Shown in pieces: positions 23,267 through 43,985 of a DNA stretch of 64,000 bases. The position numbers and the translations under genes are program-made. The notes beneath the pieces were generated by a model. It saw only the letters and a list, made by a program, of their open reading frames with translations, made no database searches and was not told the DNA's origin. The DNA comes from an uncultured delta proteobacterium (lineage in GTDB: Bacteria > Myxococcota_A > Polyangia > Fen-1088). The stretch spans positions 1 through 64,000 of the forward strand of contig CAVYGB010000010.1 in assembly GCA_963767925.1 (NCBI GenBank), given 5' to 3'. Every line of letters starts with the position of its first letter. The stretch's first letter is position 1.

Positions 23267-25996
23267 TCAGTACCGGTAGTTCATCCCGAGGCGGACGCGG
23301 AAGGGGCCCTGGCGGCCGCTGCCCCGGCCGAAGGTCGGGCCGTCGTTCTGGGTCACCGCGGTCACCGTGCGGGTGGCCAGCACGTTGATCACGTCGGTGA
23401 ACAGCTCGAGCCGGTGACCGATGAAGGGCAGCAGGTTCACCCGGGCCTGCAGGTTGAAGCTCATCAGGTCGGGCAGCCGCAGGTCCCGGTCGTCGGTCGG
23501 GTCGTTGATGTTGGTGCCGGGGTTGATGCCCAGCCGGGCCCGGTAGTCCTCGAAGTCGCCGGTGACCGGGTTGCGGAACAGGCGGTTGTAGGGCGTCCCC
23601 GAGCGGTAGCTGTAGCGGATGCCGGTGGTCAGCCAGTTGGTGAACCGGAAGGTCGACAGGGCCTTGACCTCGTGGCGGCGGTCGTCGCCGAGGTAGCCCC
23701 ACAGGTAGATGTCCTGACCGGGGTTGTCGCCGTAGTCGCCCGCGGCCCCCTCGAGGCGGCTCCAGGTGTAAGAGGCCTGCACCCGGAAGCGGCCCTCGCG
23801 CTTGCGCACGCCGAAGGTGGTGCCGAGGTAGTTGCGCTTGGCCCAGTCCGGGGTGCCGAGGTCGCTGACGTCCTGGTTGCGGCCGTTGCGGAAGGCCCCC
23901 CCGACGTCCAGCGCGGTCCCTGATTGGTTCCAGCGGCGGTTGGTCTCCCGGGTGTCGAACTGGTTGCGGAAGGCCCGGTAGATGCCGTCGAGCGCCAGGG
24001 CGAGGCCGGGCAAGACCTCCCGCTCGACGCCGAGGGTGAGCTCGTGGGTGCGGGGGATCTTCAGCTTCTCCCGACAGCTATTGCCGTTGGCGTCGAAGCC
24101 GGTCGATCCGCAGGGCAGGCCGATCGTGCTCCGGCTGGACCCGCCGGCGTAGGTGCAGTTGCGGTCGAACTCCTGGCTGGTGGCGTTCCACTCGCAGTCC
24201 TGGCTCACCCGGCTGCCGATGCTGTGCTGGGCGAAGCGCTTGATGTCGACGTCGGCGTAGGAGCTGTAGCTCGAGCGGAGCACGGTGCGCCCGTCGTGGG
24301 TGGCGTCCCAGGCCGCCGAGAGGGCGGGCACGAAGGCCCCGGTGCGGAAGCCCTCCAGGCCGTTGCTGTTGAGCGACTTGCCCCAGATGTGCGACAGCGC
24401 CGGGCTCACCGTCAGGTAACGGGTCACCCGGTAGGCGTCGCTGATGGTCCCCACGTGGCGCATCCAGTTGACCTCCCGGATGTACCAGCCGTAGCGGGCC
24501 TCCGAGACGCGGGGATCGTTGGAGTAGTAGGTGATCTTGGCCTGGGGCGCGCTGGTGCCGTCGTATTCGATGATCGAATCGTTGGGGGTGGAGGTCATCT
24601 CGACGTCGCGCTCGCTGAACACCGTGCTCTGCAGCTTGATGTTGTGCTCACCGAGCCGCTTGCTGTCGAGGAACCAGTCCAGTCGGTTGACGAACTGGAC
24701 GTGGAAGGCGTCGTTGCGGGTGTGCTCCTCGTTGTTGCCCCACTCTTGCGCTCGGGGGAACGACTGGCGGATCGGCTGGATGTAGTCGCAGGAGACCGGC
24801 TGGTCGATGCAGCTCTCGGGGAAGATGTGCTCGCCGAAGTAGGTGATGCCACCCTGGCTGCGGATGACCACGCTGTCGCTCAGCAGCGACTCCCAGATGA
24901 GGCCGGTGAACAGACGGCGTCCCAGCCGCCGCTCCTGGGCCTCCGGCTCGACGCCGGCGCCCCCCTTGCGGTTGTACTCCCGGGCGGCGTCGAAGTTCGA
25001 CAGGCTGGTCAGCTTGTTCCGGCGGCTGATCTGCCAGGTCAGCTTGAAGGTGCCCTTGGGGATCAACTTGGTGAAGGGCTCGCGCTGATTGAAGATCCCC
25101 TCCGAGTCCCAGGCCCGGTTCTCCCGGATGATGTGCCCCTCGGCGTTGAAGAAGAACCAGAGCTTGTCCTTGACGATGGGCCCGGCCACCGTGGGGTTGA
25201 GGGCGTAATAATATTCGGCCGTCGCGGGGTCACCCTCGTCCCGGAAGAACTGCAGCCGGTTGCTGTCCATGGTGGCGTTGAACTCGAACTCGTATTTGTT
25301 CGAGCCCGACTTGGTCACCAGGTTGACCGAGGCGCCCGGCGAGGCGGGGGCGTCGGCGCCGTGCCCGCCGGTCATGATCTCGTAGGCCGCCGACGTCTTG
25401 GTGGTCGGCTGCTGATCGCGCATGTCGAACCCGTCCTGGGTGAACGTGGTCTGCGCGCTCGTCCCACCGCGCACGCTGCGTCCGTTGGCCCCCGCCACCA
25501 TGCCGATGAGCTGGTTGTGCGGCTGGTCCCGGTTGTCGAGGGGCATCGACTCGATCATGTCGAGGTCGATGGTCTCCTTGAGGGCGGTCGAGCGGGTGTT
25601 GACGATGGGCGCCCGCTCCACGACCGCGATCTCCTCGGTCGCGGTCTCGACCTCCATGATGACGTTGACGTCGGTGGGGGCCGACACGCCAACGTTGATC
25701 CCCTTGACCACCACCTGCCGCAGCTTGGGCGCGCTGGCCCGCAGCTCGAACTGGCCGGGGTGCAGGGCGGGGAAGCGGAAGCCTCCCTCGTCGTTGCTGT
25801 AGGCGTTCTTGGCGCCGCCGATCTGGGTATCCGAGCTGACGGTGACCTTGATCCCTTTCAGGGGCATCCCCGCTTGGTCGAGGACCATCCCGACGATGGA
25901 TCCACTTTGCCCCGCTTGGGCCAGGACCGGTTTCGAGTTGGTAACGGCCAGAAGTCCAACAATCGAGATCGCGAACGCTAAGCGCTGCATTTGCAT
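23267..25996 (-). CDS. Oar-like TonB-dependent receptor with N-terminal carboxypeptidase-regulatory-like domain
   Basis: Signal peptide; GSIVGMVLD..G.PL.G..VTV; NLVTKSGSN; GPIVKDKLWFF; C-terminal RLGMNYRY. Confidence 0.88.
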   Translation of the reverse strand: MQMQRLAFAISIVGLLAVTNSKPVLAQAGQSGSIVGMVLDQAGMPLKGIKVTVSSDTQIGGAKNAYSNDEGGFRFPALHPGQFELRASAPKLRQVVVKGINVGVSAPTDVNVIMEVETATEEIAVVERAPIVNTRSTALKETIDLDMIESMPLDNRDQPHNQLIGMVAGANGRSVRGGTSAQTTFTQDGFDMRDQQPTTKTSAAYEIMTGGHGADAPASPGASVNLVTKSGSNKYEFEFNATMDSNRLQFFRDEGDPATAEYYYALNPTVAGPIVKDKLWFFFNAEGHIIRENRAWDSEGIFNQREPFTKLIPKGTFKLTWQISRRNKLTSLSNFDAAREYNRKGGAGVEPEAQERRLGRRLFTGLIWESLLSDSVVIRSQGGITYFGEHIFPESCIDQPVSCDYIQPIRQSFPRAQEWGNNEEHTRNDAFHVQFVNRLDWFLDSKRLGEHNIKLQSTVFSERDVEMTSTPNDSIIEYDGTSAPQAKITYYSNDPRVSEARYGWYIREVNWMRHVGTISDAYRVTRYLTVSPALSHIWGKSLNSNGLEGFRTGAFVPALSAAWDATHDGRTVLRSSYSSYADVDIKRFAQHSIGSRVSQDCEWNATSQEFDRNCTYAGGSSRSTIGLPCGSTGFDANGNSCREKLKIPRTHELTLGVEREVLPGLALALDGIYRAFRNQFDTRETNRRWNQSGTALDVGGAFRNGRNQDVSDLGTPDWAKRNYLGTTFGVRKREGRFRVQASYTWSRLEGAAGDYGDNPGQDIYLWGYLGDDRRHEVKALSTFRFTNWLTTGIRYSYRSGTPYNRLFRNPVTGDFEDYRARLGINPGTNINDPTDDRDLRLPDLMSFNLQARVNLLPFIGHRLELFTDVINVLATRTVTAVTQNDGPTFGRGSGRQGPFRVRLGMNYRY

Positions 25997-26174
25997 AGGC
26001 ACCCCCTATTCGCCGGACGCAGTTTTACAACTTTTCGACATAAAAACGAATAGCTGTCTTACACAACGAAACACACAATGCGTAAACTCGCTGTGGCGAC
26101 TCGCGAAAAAGTTAGGTCAAAAAGAACGTTCTCACTATTGAACGCTCTACAAATACGAGGGTTCTCGCCGGCCG

Positions 26175-27748
26175 CTATGCGCCGGTGCGAGCGACGGCGC
26201 GCAGCTCGCGGATGACTGTGACGCGGATCTGCCCGGGGAAAGTCAGGCGCTTGGATATGGCCTGCGCGATCGCCGTTGACAGATCCACCGTCGCTCTATC
26301 GTCCAGCTCGTCGTCGCGCACGAGCACCCGAACCTCGCGGCCGCCGTGCAGCGCGAAGGCCTCGGCCACCCCGGGAAACTCCCGGCTGATCCGCTCGAGG
26401 TCCGCGATCCGGTGCAGGTAGTTCTCCTCGCTGTGGCGGCGGGCACCGGGCCGCGCCCCCGACAGGGCGTCGGCCGCCGCGCACAGGTGCGCGTAGGGGC
26501 TGGCGCAGGGCTCGTCGGCGTGGTGGGCGCCGATGGCGTTGGCCACCAGCTCGGCCTCGCCCAGCCGGCGCGCGCGATCGGCGCCGATGACGGCATGCCC
26601 GCCGTCGAGCTCGTGGGTGAGCGCCTTGCCGATGTCGTGCAGGAGCGCCGCCCGCCGGGCCAGGCCCCGGTCGAGGTTCAGCTCCTCGGCCATCATGCCG
26701 CACAGGAAGGCCGCCTCGACCGCGTGTTTCCACTGGTTCTGGGTGAAGCTGGTGCGCCAGTTGAGGCGGCCGACAAGCCGCACGATCTCCGGGTGGGCGG
26801 GCTCGAGCTCCAGCCGGGCGAAGGCCCGCTGGCCCAGCTCGAGGACCTCCTGCTCCAGCTCGGCCGCCACCTCGGCCGCCGCCCGCGCCACCGCGGTGCC
26901 GCCGCCCCCGACGGCCCCCGCCAGCAGCCGCGTCAGGGTCCGCCGGGCGACCTCCCGCGCCACCCCGTCGAGCCCCTCGACGCGGACGGCGTCGCCCGCC
27001 TCGGCGAGCAGCAGCTTCACCCCCGCGGCGGCCTCGAGGGCCTGCAGCTCCCCGGGCGTGACCGCCGGGTGGCCGTCGCTCGGCGGGCCCAGCGGCACCA
27101 GGGACTGCCCGCGCTCGGTCAGATCGTGCGTCGACAGCCGGCCAGCCGCGATCCCCAGGAGCCGGCCCGCCCGGCGGCCCACCTCGGGCAGACCGTCGCC
27201 CTCGCCCGGCCGGGACGTCCGGGCCGCCTCGGCCTGCGCGCGCTCCACCTCCAGCGCGGCCAGCGCCGACCGGAGGCTCGCGGCCCGCGCGCCGCCCACC
27301 CGCTCGAGCCGGGACCGGGCCTCGGCCACCGCCTCCGCCTCCATCTGCGCGTGACGCCCCCGCTCGGCCTCCCGTCCGGACAGCGCCCCCTCCCGCTCGC
27401 GCAGCCGCTGTCGGGCCGCCGCCAGCTCGACGGCGCCCGCCCGCAGCTGGATCTGCCGCGCCGACAGCTCACCCGCCCGCCGGGCCAGCTGCGCCTGGGC
27501 GGCCGCGGCCTCCCGCTCGATCTCCGCCTGCCGGGCCAGCGCCTGCTCCCGGGCCACCAGCTCGGCCGCGCCCTGCCGCGCCTGGGCCGACAGACGCCCC
27601 TGCTGCAGCACGCGCCCGGCCCGCCGGGCCAGCGCGGCCAGGCCGACCCGGACGGCGGCCCGCCGCCACGCCCGGCCGACCAGCGCGCCGACCAGGCCCC
27701 CCAGCGCCGCGCCGAGCACGCCGAGGACCAGCGCGGCGGAGGCAGACA

Positions 27749-27749
<1 letters not shown>
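26175..27749 (-). CDS. RNase Y-like HD-domain protein with degenerate KH domain
   Basis: N-terminal TM plus coiled coil; GRLNWRTSFTQN..KH, RAALLHDIGKA, IGAHH, ADALSGARPGARR, GREVRV, FPGQIRVTVIRE; no GRIIGREG loop. Confidence 0.82.
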
Positions 27750-38194
<10,445 letters not shown>

Positions 38195-38339
38195 TTGTTC
38201 CTCCGGGCTGTCTGCGTCGTCGCGGGCCGATTCTCCGACCTCCTGGCGTGACCCCGTTCGTCCGGCAAGGAGCCGGGCGGCGCAGACTTCCGTGGGGCGG
38301 CCAGTAAGTAGGCGAAAAGCGTCGAGAAAAAGGTGAAAT

Positions 38340-38369
38340 TTTATACCACGTGCGGGTCTTCACCCTCAA
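38340..38369 (-). promoter_or_regulatory. sigma70-type promoter for gltI
   Basis: TTGAGG-18 nt-TATAAA with extended -10 TG. Confidence 0.55.
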
Positions 38370-38463
38370 CCGCCACAGCGCGTACAGAAGGGCTCATCGG
38401 ACCATCAATCGACGGATTCAGCCCGTCTCCGGAGAGGAAACCGGAGGACAGACGGCCAGCACG

Positions 38464-38500
38464 AAAAAAAGCCGAGACCCCACCTCCGGGTGTCTCGGCT
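38464..38500 (-). terminator. Rho-independent terminator ending the gltC-G/TPR operon
   Basis: AGCCGAGAC-loop-GTCTCGGCT followed by a T run on the minus strand. Confidence 0.85.
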
Positions 38501-38554
38501 CTTCCGGCGGGATCGCCGGCCTGTATCCGCTGTGGGTGTGTCGACCAGAGAGGC

Positions 38555-39442
38555 CTACGAACCGCTCAGGGCGTACAGCTTGTCGTTGGCCGCCTTGACG
38601 TAGCCGAAGCCGCCTTCCTTGGCGCCGGCGTTGCTGACGTATTTCTGCAGGTACTCGCGGGCCCGCTCCTTGTGGTCGTTGGCCCGGCTCTGCTCGTACC
38701 AGTCGGCATAGGTCATGCCAGCGTTGTAGACGGCGGTGGTCAGCCCCGGCTCGAGCTCGAGGGCCCGCTTGAACTGGGTCGTCGCCTGGTCGAACTGGCG
38801 GAGATCCTTGAGGGCCAGGCCCCAGCCGTTGAAGCACTCCGAGCTGTGCTCGTTGGCCCGCACGCACTCGGAGAACACCTGGGATGCCTCCTTGGCGGCG
38901 TCGTAGTCCAGGTAGAGGTGCCCGAGGTCGACGAAGGGCTTGTCCAGGCGGGCGTTGGCCTCGATGGCCTTCCGCAGGGCGACGTCCGCCTCCTTGGGCC
39001 GCTCGAGGCGGATGTAGACCTGGCCCAGGCGCCAGTTGGCCTTGAACAGCTTGCTGTCGAGCTCGACCGCCTTGCGGAGCGCCCCCTCGGCCTTGTCGAG
39101 CTGGCGGGCCTCGAAATAGGCCTCTCCCAGGTCATAGAAGTAGCTGGCGTTGCTGGGCGCCCGCTGGGTGGCCGACTCGAAGGCCTCGATGGCTTTGTCC
39201 CACTTGCGCTGCTTCTGGTACACCTTGCCGAGGTTGAAGTGGGCGATGTCGTAGGCGGGGTCGGTCTGGATGGCGAGCTTGAGCTGTTGCTCGGCCGTGT
39301 CGTAGAGGCCCGTGTTGGCCGCCTCGGTCCCCTTGTTGGAAAAGTTCATCGCCTTGATCCGCTCCTGACTGCAGACGAAGGCGTCGCAGGCGGACATCGA
39401 CAGGGCGATCGCGAGGAGAGTCCTCAGGCTGTTTGCGGTCAT
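38555..39442 (-). CDS. TPR lipoprotein in the glt cluster
   Basis: LAIALSMSA-C lipobox; ~6 TPRs (AHFNLGKVY, YFYDLGEAY, AVYNAGMTY); GGAGG SD. Confidence 0.82.
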   Translation of the reverse strand: MTANSLRTLLAIALSMSACDAFVCSQERIKAMNFSNKGTEAANTGLYDTAEQQLKLAIQTDPAYDIAHFNLGKVYQKQRKWDKAIEAFESATQRAPSNASYFYDLGEAYFEARQLDKAEGALRKAVELDSKLFKANWRLGQVYIRLERPKEADVALRKAIEANARLDKPFVDLGHLYLDYDAAKEASQVFSECVRANEHSSECFNGWGLALKDLRQFDQATTQFKRALELEPGLTTAVYNAGMTYADWYEQSRANDHKERAREYLQKYVSNAGAKEGGFGYVKAANDKLYALSGS

Positions 39443-39468
39443 GCTTGCGCCTCCAGGTACCTCGCCGC

Positions 39469-41703
39469 TCACTCGCCAGCGCCGCCGGCGGGCGTGAAGT
39501 TGAACGGATAGGTGACGATGACGATACCGCCGCCGAGGGGCTTGGGGAACTCCCAACGACGCACGGCCTGCACCACGCAGTTCTCGACCCGGGCGTTGCC
39601 CATGGTGGAGTTCTGCAGCACCGACGCCACCACCTGACCGGTCGCGGCGATGGTGAACTGGACCGCGACCCGTCCGCCGAGCTCCGGCTTGCGGGTGAGC
39701 TCCTGCTCGTAGCAGTACTTCACCTCGTTGATGTGCCGCCGGATGATGCGGCGGATGATCTCCTTGTCGAGCGAGCCGCGCACGTTGGCCTGCCCGGGCA
39801 TGACCTCGGGCGCCCGCGCCCGACGCCCACCCAGCCCGCCGGCGCCCCGGCCGTAGCCCGAGCCGCTGCCGCCGCCGCCCCCCTTGCCGATGGTGCCGAG
39901 GTTGCCGAGGCCGATGGTGCCCTCGCCGGTGCCGCCGCCGCCGGCGCCGGTGCCGACCAGGCCCAGGCCGCCGATGCCGTAGGCCTCGCCGATCTGGTTG
40001 CCGATCAGGCCGCCGAGGACGTTCTCCGGGTCGCTGCCCAGGGCGGTGTCACGCCCGAAGATCGAGGCGATGTGCGACCCCTCGGCCATCTTGAGGACGC
40101 CCAGGATGCCGGCGTTCTTGACCTCTTCCTCGGCCAGCTTCTTGGCCAGGTGGGGATCGATGTTGTCCTTGGGACCCTGGAGACCGTAAAGACCCTTCTT
40201 CTTGTCGGAGGTCTTCTTCCCCATCTTCCCTTCGTCGTCCTTGTGACGCTTGCCCTTGCCCCCCTGCTCGTCGGCCCCGCTCTTCTTGAGCCACTCCGGG
40301 ATCTCCTCTTCCTTCTCCTCGGGCGGCTTGATGAGGAAGTTCACGAAGCGGTTGTCGGAGTTGAAGAGATCGAGCGAGAGGGACTTGGGGTCGGGCGGGA
40401 CGGAGAAGATCATCAGCAGGAACAGGAGGATCGCGATGGCCGATCCCACGGTGTAGACCTGCTCGTTCCACTTCCAGATGAGGAAGGGGGTGGCCAGCGT
40501 GCGCGGCCGCGGGGTCGAGGAGATGTTGAAGGTCGTCTCCCCGGCGTCGATGCGCGCGCGTCCACCCTGGGGCAGCGAGAAGCTGGGGCCTCGCTGCTGC
40601 ACGAACTGGGCGAGTGGAATCGCCCGTCCGTCGGCGTTCACCTCGCCGGTCATGGCCGGGGTGACGTTGACCACCAGCTCGCGCCCCGAGCCCTTGACGA
40701 GGGTGTGGGCGGCACCGCCGGTGAACTCGTTCGCCACCGGGGCGTCGGCGCTGGGATCGGCCCCGATGATGTAGTCGTGGTGCTTCTCGTGCCGGCGCTT
40801 GAGCCCCATGTACACGAGGCTCAGGCCCAGGGCCCAGCCCAGGAACACGACGACGTCGACGGCCGGGCTGCGTGGCTTCCAGTTGAAGGCCCGCGCCTCC
40901 TTGTTGGCGGCGAGGTGGGCGTCGTAGGCGATCCTCTCGCCGCCCACGTCCTGAACGGTGTAAACGAAGGCTCCGAGGGCCACGAGGATGGCGAGGATGC
41001 CCGCCGCGAGCATGCCGCGGGCCTGGCCGGACAGGGCCTTGGCCCCGGCGTCGTAGAGGTGCCTCGTGTTGACCACCACGCCGCGGAACATGGCCTGAAC
41101 CTCGAGCGCGCTCGAGCCGTCGAGCTCCTCAACCTCGGCCGCCATGGCCGAGGGGGCGCTGGGGGGCGGCGAGGACCAGGAGCCCGCCGTGGCCGAGGGG
41201 GGAGACGGCGGGGGGATCGGGGGAGGCGCGGCCGCGTAGCTGGGGATCTGCCCGGTGGACGGCGGCGGCTGGTAGCCCGGGATGGGGGCGGTTCCGGTGA
41301 AGGAGACCGGCGGAGGGGCGGCGCTGGGCCGGGCCGCCGGCTGGGCGGCGGCGGCAGCCGACACGTGGGGCGCCACGACGGTGGACTCTTCCTCCTCGAG
41401 GAAGGTCACGAGCACCCGGATGTCTCCGAAGTTGATCTCGTCGCCCGAGCGCAGGCGGACCTTCGTGATCCGCTCCCCGTTGACCAGCGTGCCCCGGGTC
41501 GACCCGAGATCGATGAGCTGGACGTCGTCGCCGCCATTGACCTCGACCACCGCGTGCATGCGCGAGACGGAGTCGTCGTCGATGCGCAGGTGGGAGGAGG
41601 CCAGCTTGCCGACCTTGATGACCGGCTCGTTGATCACTTCCTCTTTGAGGAGCTCGTCCCCTTTCCAGAGCTCGAACTTGAGGGGTAGGTTCGCGTTCGC
41701 CAT
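39469..41703 (-). CDS. gltG: gliding motility protein GltG/PglI (FHA-TM-TonB_C-like)
   Basis: FHA VSRMHA..DLGSTRGT.VNG; TM segments; Gly-rich linker; GSLDKEIIRRIIRRH..VKYCYE..WEFPKP.GGG.V.VTYPF. Confidence 0.9.
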   Translation of the reverse strand: MANANLPLKFELWKGDELLKEEVINEPVIKVGKLASSHLRIDDDSVSRMHAVVEVNGGDDVQLIDLGSTRGTLVNGERITKVRLRSGDEINFGDIRVLVTFLEEEESTVVAPHVSAAAAAQPAARPSAAPPPVSFTGTAPIPGYQPPPSTGQIPSYAAAPPPIPPPSPPSATAGSWSSPPPSAPSAMAAEVEELDGSSALEVQAMFRGVVVNTRHLYDAGAKALSGQARGMLAAGILAILVALGAFVYTVQDVGGERIAYDAHLAANKEARAFNWKPRSPAVDVVVFLGWALGLSLVYMGLKRRHEKHHDYIIGADPSADAPVANEFTGGAAHTLVKGSGRELVVNVTPAMTGEVNADGRAIPLAQFVQQRGPSFSLPQGGRARIDAGETTFNISSTPRPRTLATPFLIWKWNEQVYTVGSAIAILLFLLMIFSVPPDPKSLSLDLFNSDNRFVNFLIKPPEEKEEEIPEWLKKSGADEQGGKGKRHKDDEGKMGKKTSDKKKGLYGLQGPKDNIDPHLAKKLAEEEVKNAGILGVLKMAEGSHIASIFGRDTALGSDPENVLGGLIGNQIGEAYGIGGLGLVGTGAGGGGTGEGTIGLGNLGTIGKGGGGGSGSGYGRGAGGLGGRRARAPEVMPGQANVRGSLDKEIIRRIIRRHINEVKYCYEQELTRKPELGGRVAVQFTIAATGQVVASVLQNSTMGNARVENCVVQAVRRWEFPKPLGGGIVIVTYPFNFTPAGGAGE

Positions 41704-41790
41704 GGTCTGTCTCCCGGGTAGGGCTCCGCCGAGGCTGCGGAGGCCCTGCTACGTCACGCGGCCAGAGTGGGGTAGTTAGAGGTCTGTCGT

Positions 41791-42111
41791 CTAGAGATCT
41801 TCGAGGGACTTGAGCATCTCGGGGATGAAGTCCTTCCGGATCTCGATGAGGCTGGAGTGCTTCACGGTCCTGACCGAATCGATGAGCTCACCGTCGGGGC
41901 GCTGCAGATCGCCCTCCACCATGTCGTCCTCGAAGTCGTAGACGGTCTTGGCCTTGTAGGTGGTGTTGTCCTCACCGGCCGCCGGGGCGGTGGCCCGGGG
42001 TGCGCTGGCCGCCGAGCCTGCGGGAGCGGGCTTGGCTGGCTCCTGCGCCAGGACGGCCCCCCCGAAGAGCAGGGACAACGCGACCGCGGTCAGGGACTTC
42101 GAGAGCTTCAT
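41791..42111 (-). CDS. gltF: gliding motility protein GltF/CglF
   Basis: Signal peptide; KTVYDFEDDMVEGDLQRPDG...SLIEIRKDFIPEMLKS. Confidence 0.9.
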   Translation of the reverse strand: MKLSKSLTAVALSLLFGGAVLAQEPAKPAPAGSAASAPRATAPAAGEDNTTYKAKTVYDFEDDMVEGDLQRPDGELIDSVRTVKHSSLIEIRKDFIPEMLKSLEDL

Positions 42112-42217
42112 CGTGGCCTCCTCGCCGGCGATTCAGGACATGGATCCAGACAACCGGGGAACAACAAAGTTCCCCGGCCTCGCTGATAACTCGACGCGCT
42201 AACGGGCCGGGGCCCGC

Positions 42218-43975
42218 TCACTTGCTGGATTTGGACGCCGCCGGACCGCCGGCAGCGGGAGGGGGGGCGGTCGGTGGCGGCTGGACCGCAGGAGGCTGGG
42301 TGGCGGCAGCCGGGGTAGCCCCGGCCTCGGCGGGGGCCTTACCCTCGGCGCCAGGAGCCTGGGTGGTTGGCTGGGGAGGCTGCTGCTGCTGCTTCTCCTG
42401 CTCCTGCATCTTGCGGAGCTCCTCTTCCATCTGCTTCTGCTGCTGCTCCATCTTGCGCTGCAGCTCCTCGGCCTCCTTCTGCAGCTTGGCAGCCTCTTCC
42501 AGGGCGGAGATGGTGTCGTCGATGTCCTTGATGCGCTTCTCCGCATCACGCCGCTTGGTGGTAGAGCGTCCCCGTCCGAGGAAGTCGCGGTAATACTGCT
42601 GCGCCTTGAGCAGGTTGGGCCGGTCGATCCCCTTGTACTCCTGGTAGAGCAGGCCGAGGTTGAAGTAGCTGTCGCCGCTCTGGGGGTCGATCTTCTGGGC
42701 CGCCAGGTACTGCTGCTCGGCCTCGTCGAACTTCCGGTTCCCGCGCAGGGCCACGCCGAGGCCGATCATGGCGTCGTAGTTCTTCGGCAGGGCAGTCAGC
42801 ACCGCCCGGAAGTTCTCCTCGGCGGTGGGATAGTCGCGGTAGTTGAGCGACAGGGCGGCCAGGTTCAACCGAGCCTCGTGCAGCTCGGAGTCCATATCCA
42901 CCGCCTTGCGGAAGTAGGCGATGGCGTCGGAGACCTCTTTCCGCTTCAGGGAGACCAGGCCCATGGTGTTGAACACCATGCCGAGGGCCTTCTTCATCTC
43001 GGGGGTGTAGCCGGTGCCCCGCACCGCCAGCTCGCGGCCGCGGGCGGCCGGCCCCTCCTCCTCGGCGCCCGGACCGCGGCGGCCCCGGGCTGGACGGCGG
43101 CCGGCGCCGGGCCGGGTGCGCTCGTCCTCGACCAGGGCGTCGCGCCCACCGGCGTATTTGCCGGTCGCGATCTCCTCGGCCCGCCAGATCGCCTGGGTCC
43201 CCACCAGCCGGGCCATCTCGTACAGCGGCGGCTCGCGGTCGTAATAGAAGTAACAGAGGCTGGCGTAGGCCTGCAGGTTGTTGCCGTCGACGGCGAGCAC
43301 CGTGCGCAGGTGGTCCACCGCCTCACGGTAGTAGCGCCCCTTCTCCTCGGCGCTGGTCGTCCGCCGGGCCTTGTCCCGCAGGATCTGGGCGAGGTTGAGC
43401 CGGGCCGACACCGAGCCGAGCTGCTTGTCCGCCTCGACCGAGCGCATGAACATGGCCTCGGCCCGGGCCTCGTCGCCTTTTTGCCAGGCCACGAACCCGA
43501 GCTGGGCGAGGGCCGCGGCGTAGGGCTTGGGCCCCGTCGCGAGCTGCTCCCAGATCGGCATGGCCTCGGCCTCCTGGCCACACTCGAACAGCACCGCCGC
43601 CTGGTTGTGGCGGGCCTCGATGAGGGCCGGGTACTGGCGGGCCAGCCCCCCGAAGTCCGAAGCGAGCGTGGCGCAGGTCTTCTTGAAGGAGCCCTCGCGG
43701 CGGGCCTGCTCCCAGCGGATGACGACCTCGTCGAACTCCTTCTGCTGGGCCTCGGAGATGTCCCGCTTGGAGGTGGGGGCGGCGGCCGCCACCGCCTTGG
43801 TGCCGGCCAGGGGGTCGCTGGTCTTCTGGGGCCGGGCAATGGCCTCGTCCTCCAGCTCTTTCCCCGACGTCTGGCCCATCTGCTGGCCGGCGCAGCCGGC
43901 CGCGCCGGCCAGGACCGCGCCGAGCAGCAGCGGCAGCCCCGGTCGACGGCCGCGGTGTGACCTCATGATCTGCAT
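42218..43975 (-). CDS. gltE: gliding motility TPR lipoprotein GltE/AglT
   Basis: AAG-C lipobox; TPRs (EARLNLAALSL.YRDY..AE, GLGVALRG, YFNLGLLY); Q/E coiled-coil tail; lies between gltD and gltF. Confidence 0.85.
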   Translation of the reverse strand: MQIMRSHRGRRPGLPLLLGAVLAGAAGCAGQQMGQTSGKELEDEAIARPQKTSDPLAGTKAVAAAAPTSKRDISEAQQKEFDEVVIRWEQARREGSFKKTCATLASDFGGLARQYPALIEARHNQAAVLFECGQEAEAMPIWEQLATGPKPYAAALAQLGFVAWQKGDEARAEAMFMRSVEADKQLGSVSARLNLAQILRDKARRTTSAEEKGRYYREAVDHLRTVLAVDGNNLQAYASLCYFYYDREPPLYEMARLVGTQAIWRAEEIATGKYAGGRDALVEDERTRPGAGRRPARGRRGPGAEEEGPAARGRELAVRGTGYTPEMKKALGMVFNTMGLVSLKRKEVSDAIAYFRKAVDMDSELHEARLNLAALSLNYRDYPTAEENFRAVLTALPKNYDAMIGLGVALRGNRKFDEAEQQYLAAQKIDPQSGDSYFNLGLLYQEYKGIDRPNLLKAQQYYRDFLGRGRSTTKRRDAEKRIKDIDDTISALEEAAKLQKEAEELQRKMEQQQKQMEEELRKMQEQEKQQQQPPQPTTQAPGAEGKAPAEAGATPAAATQPPAVQPPPTAPPPAAGGPAASKSSK

Positions 43976-43985
43976 GGAACTCTCC

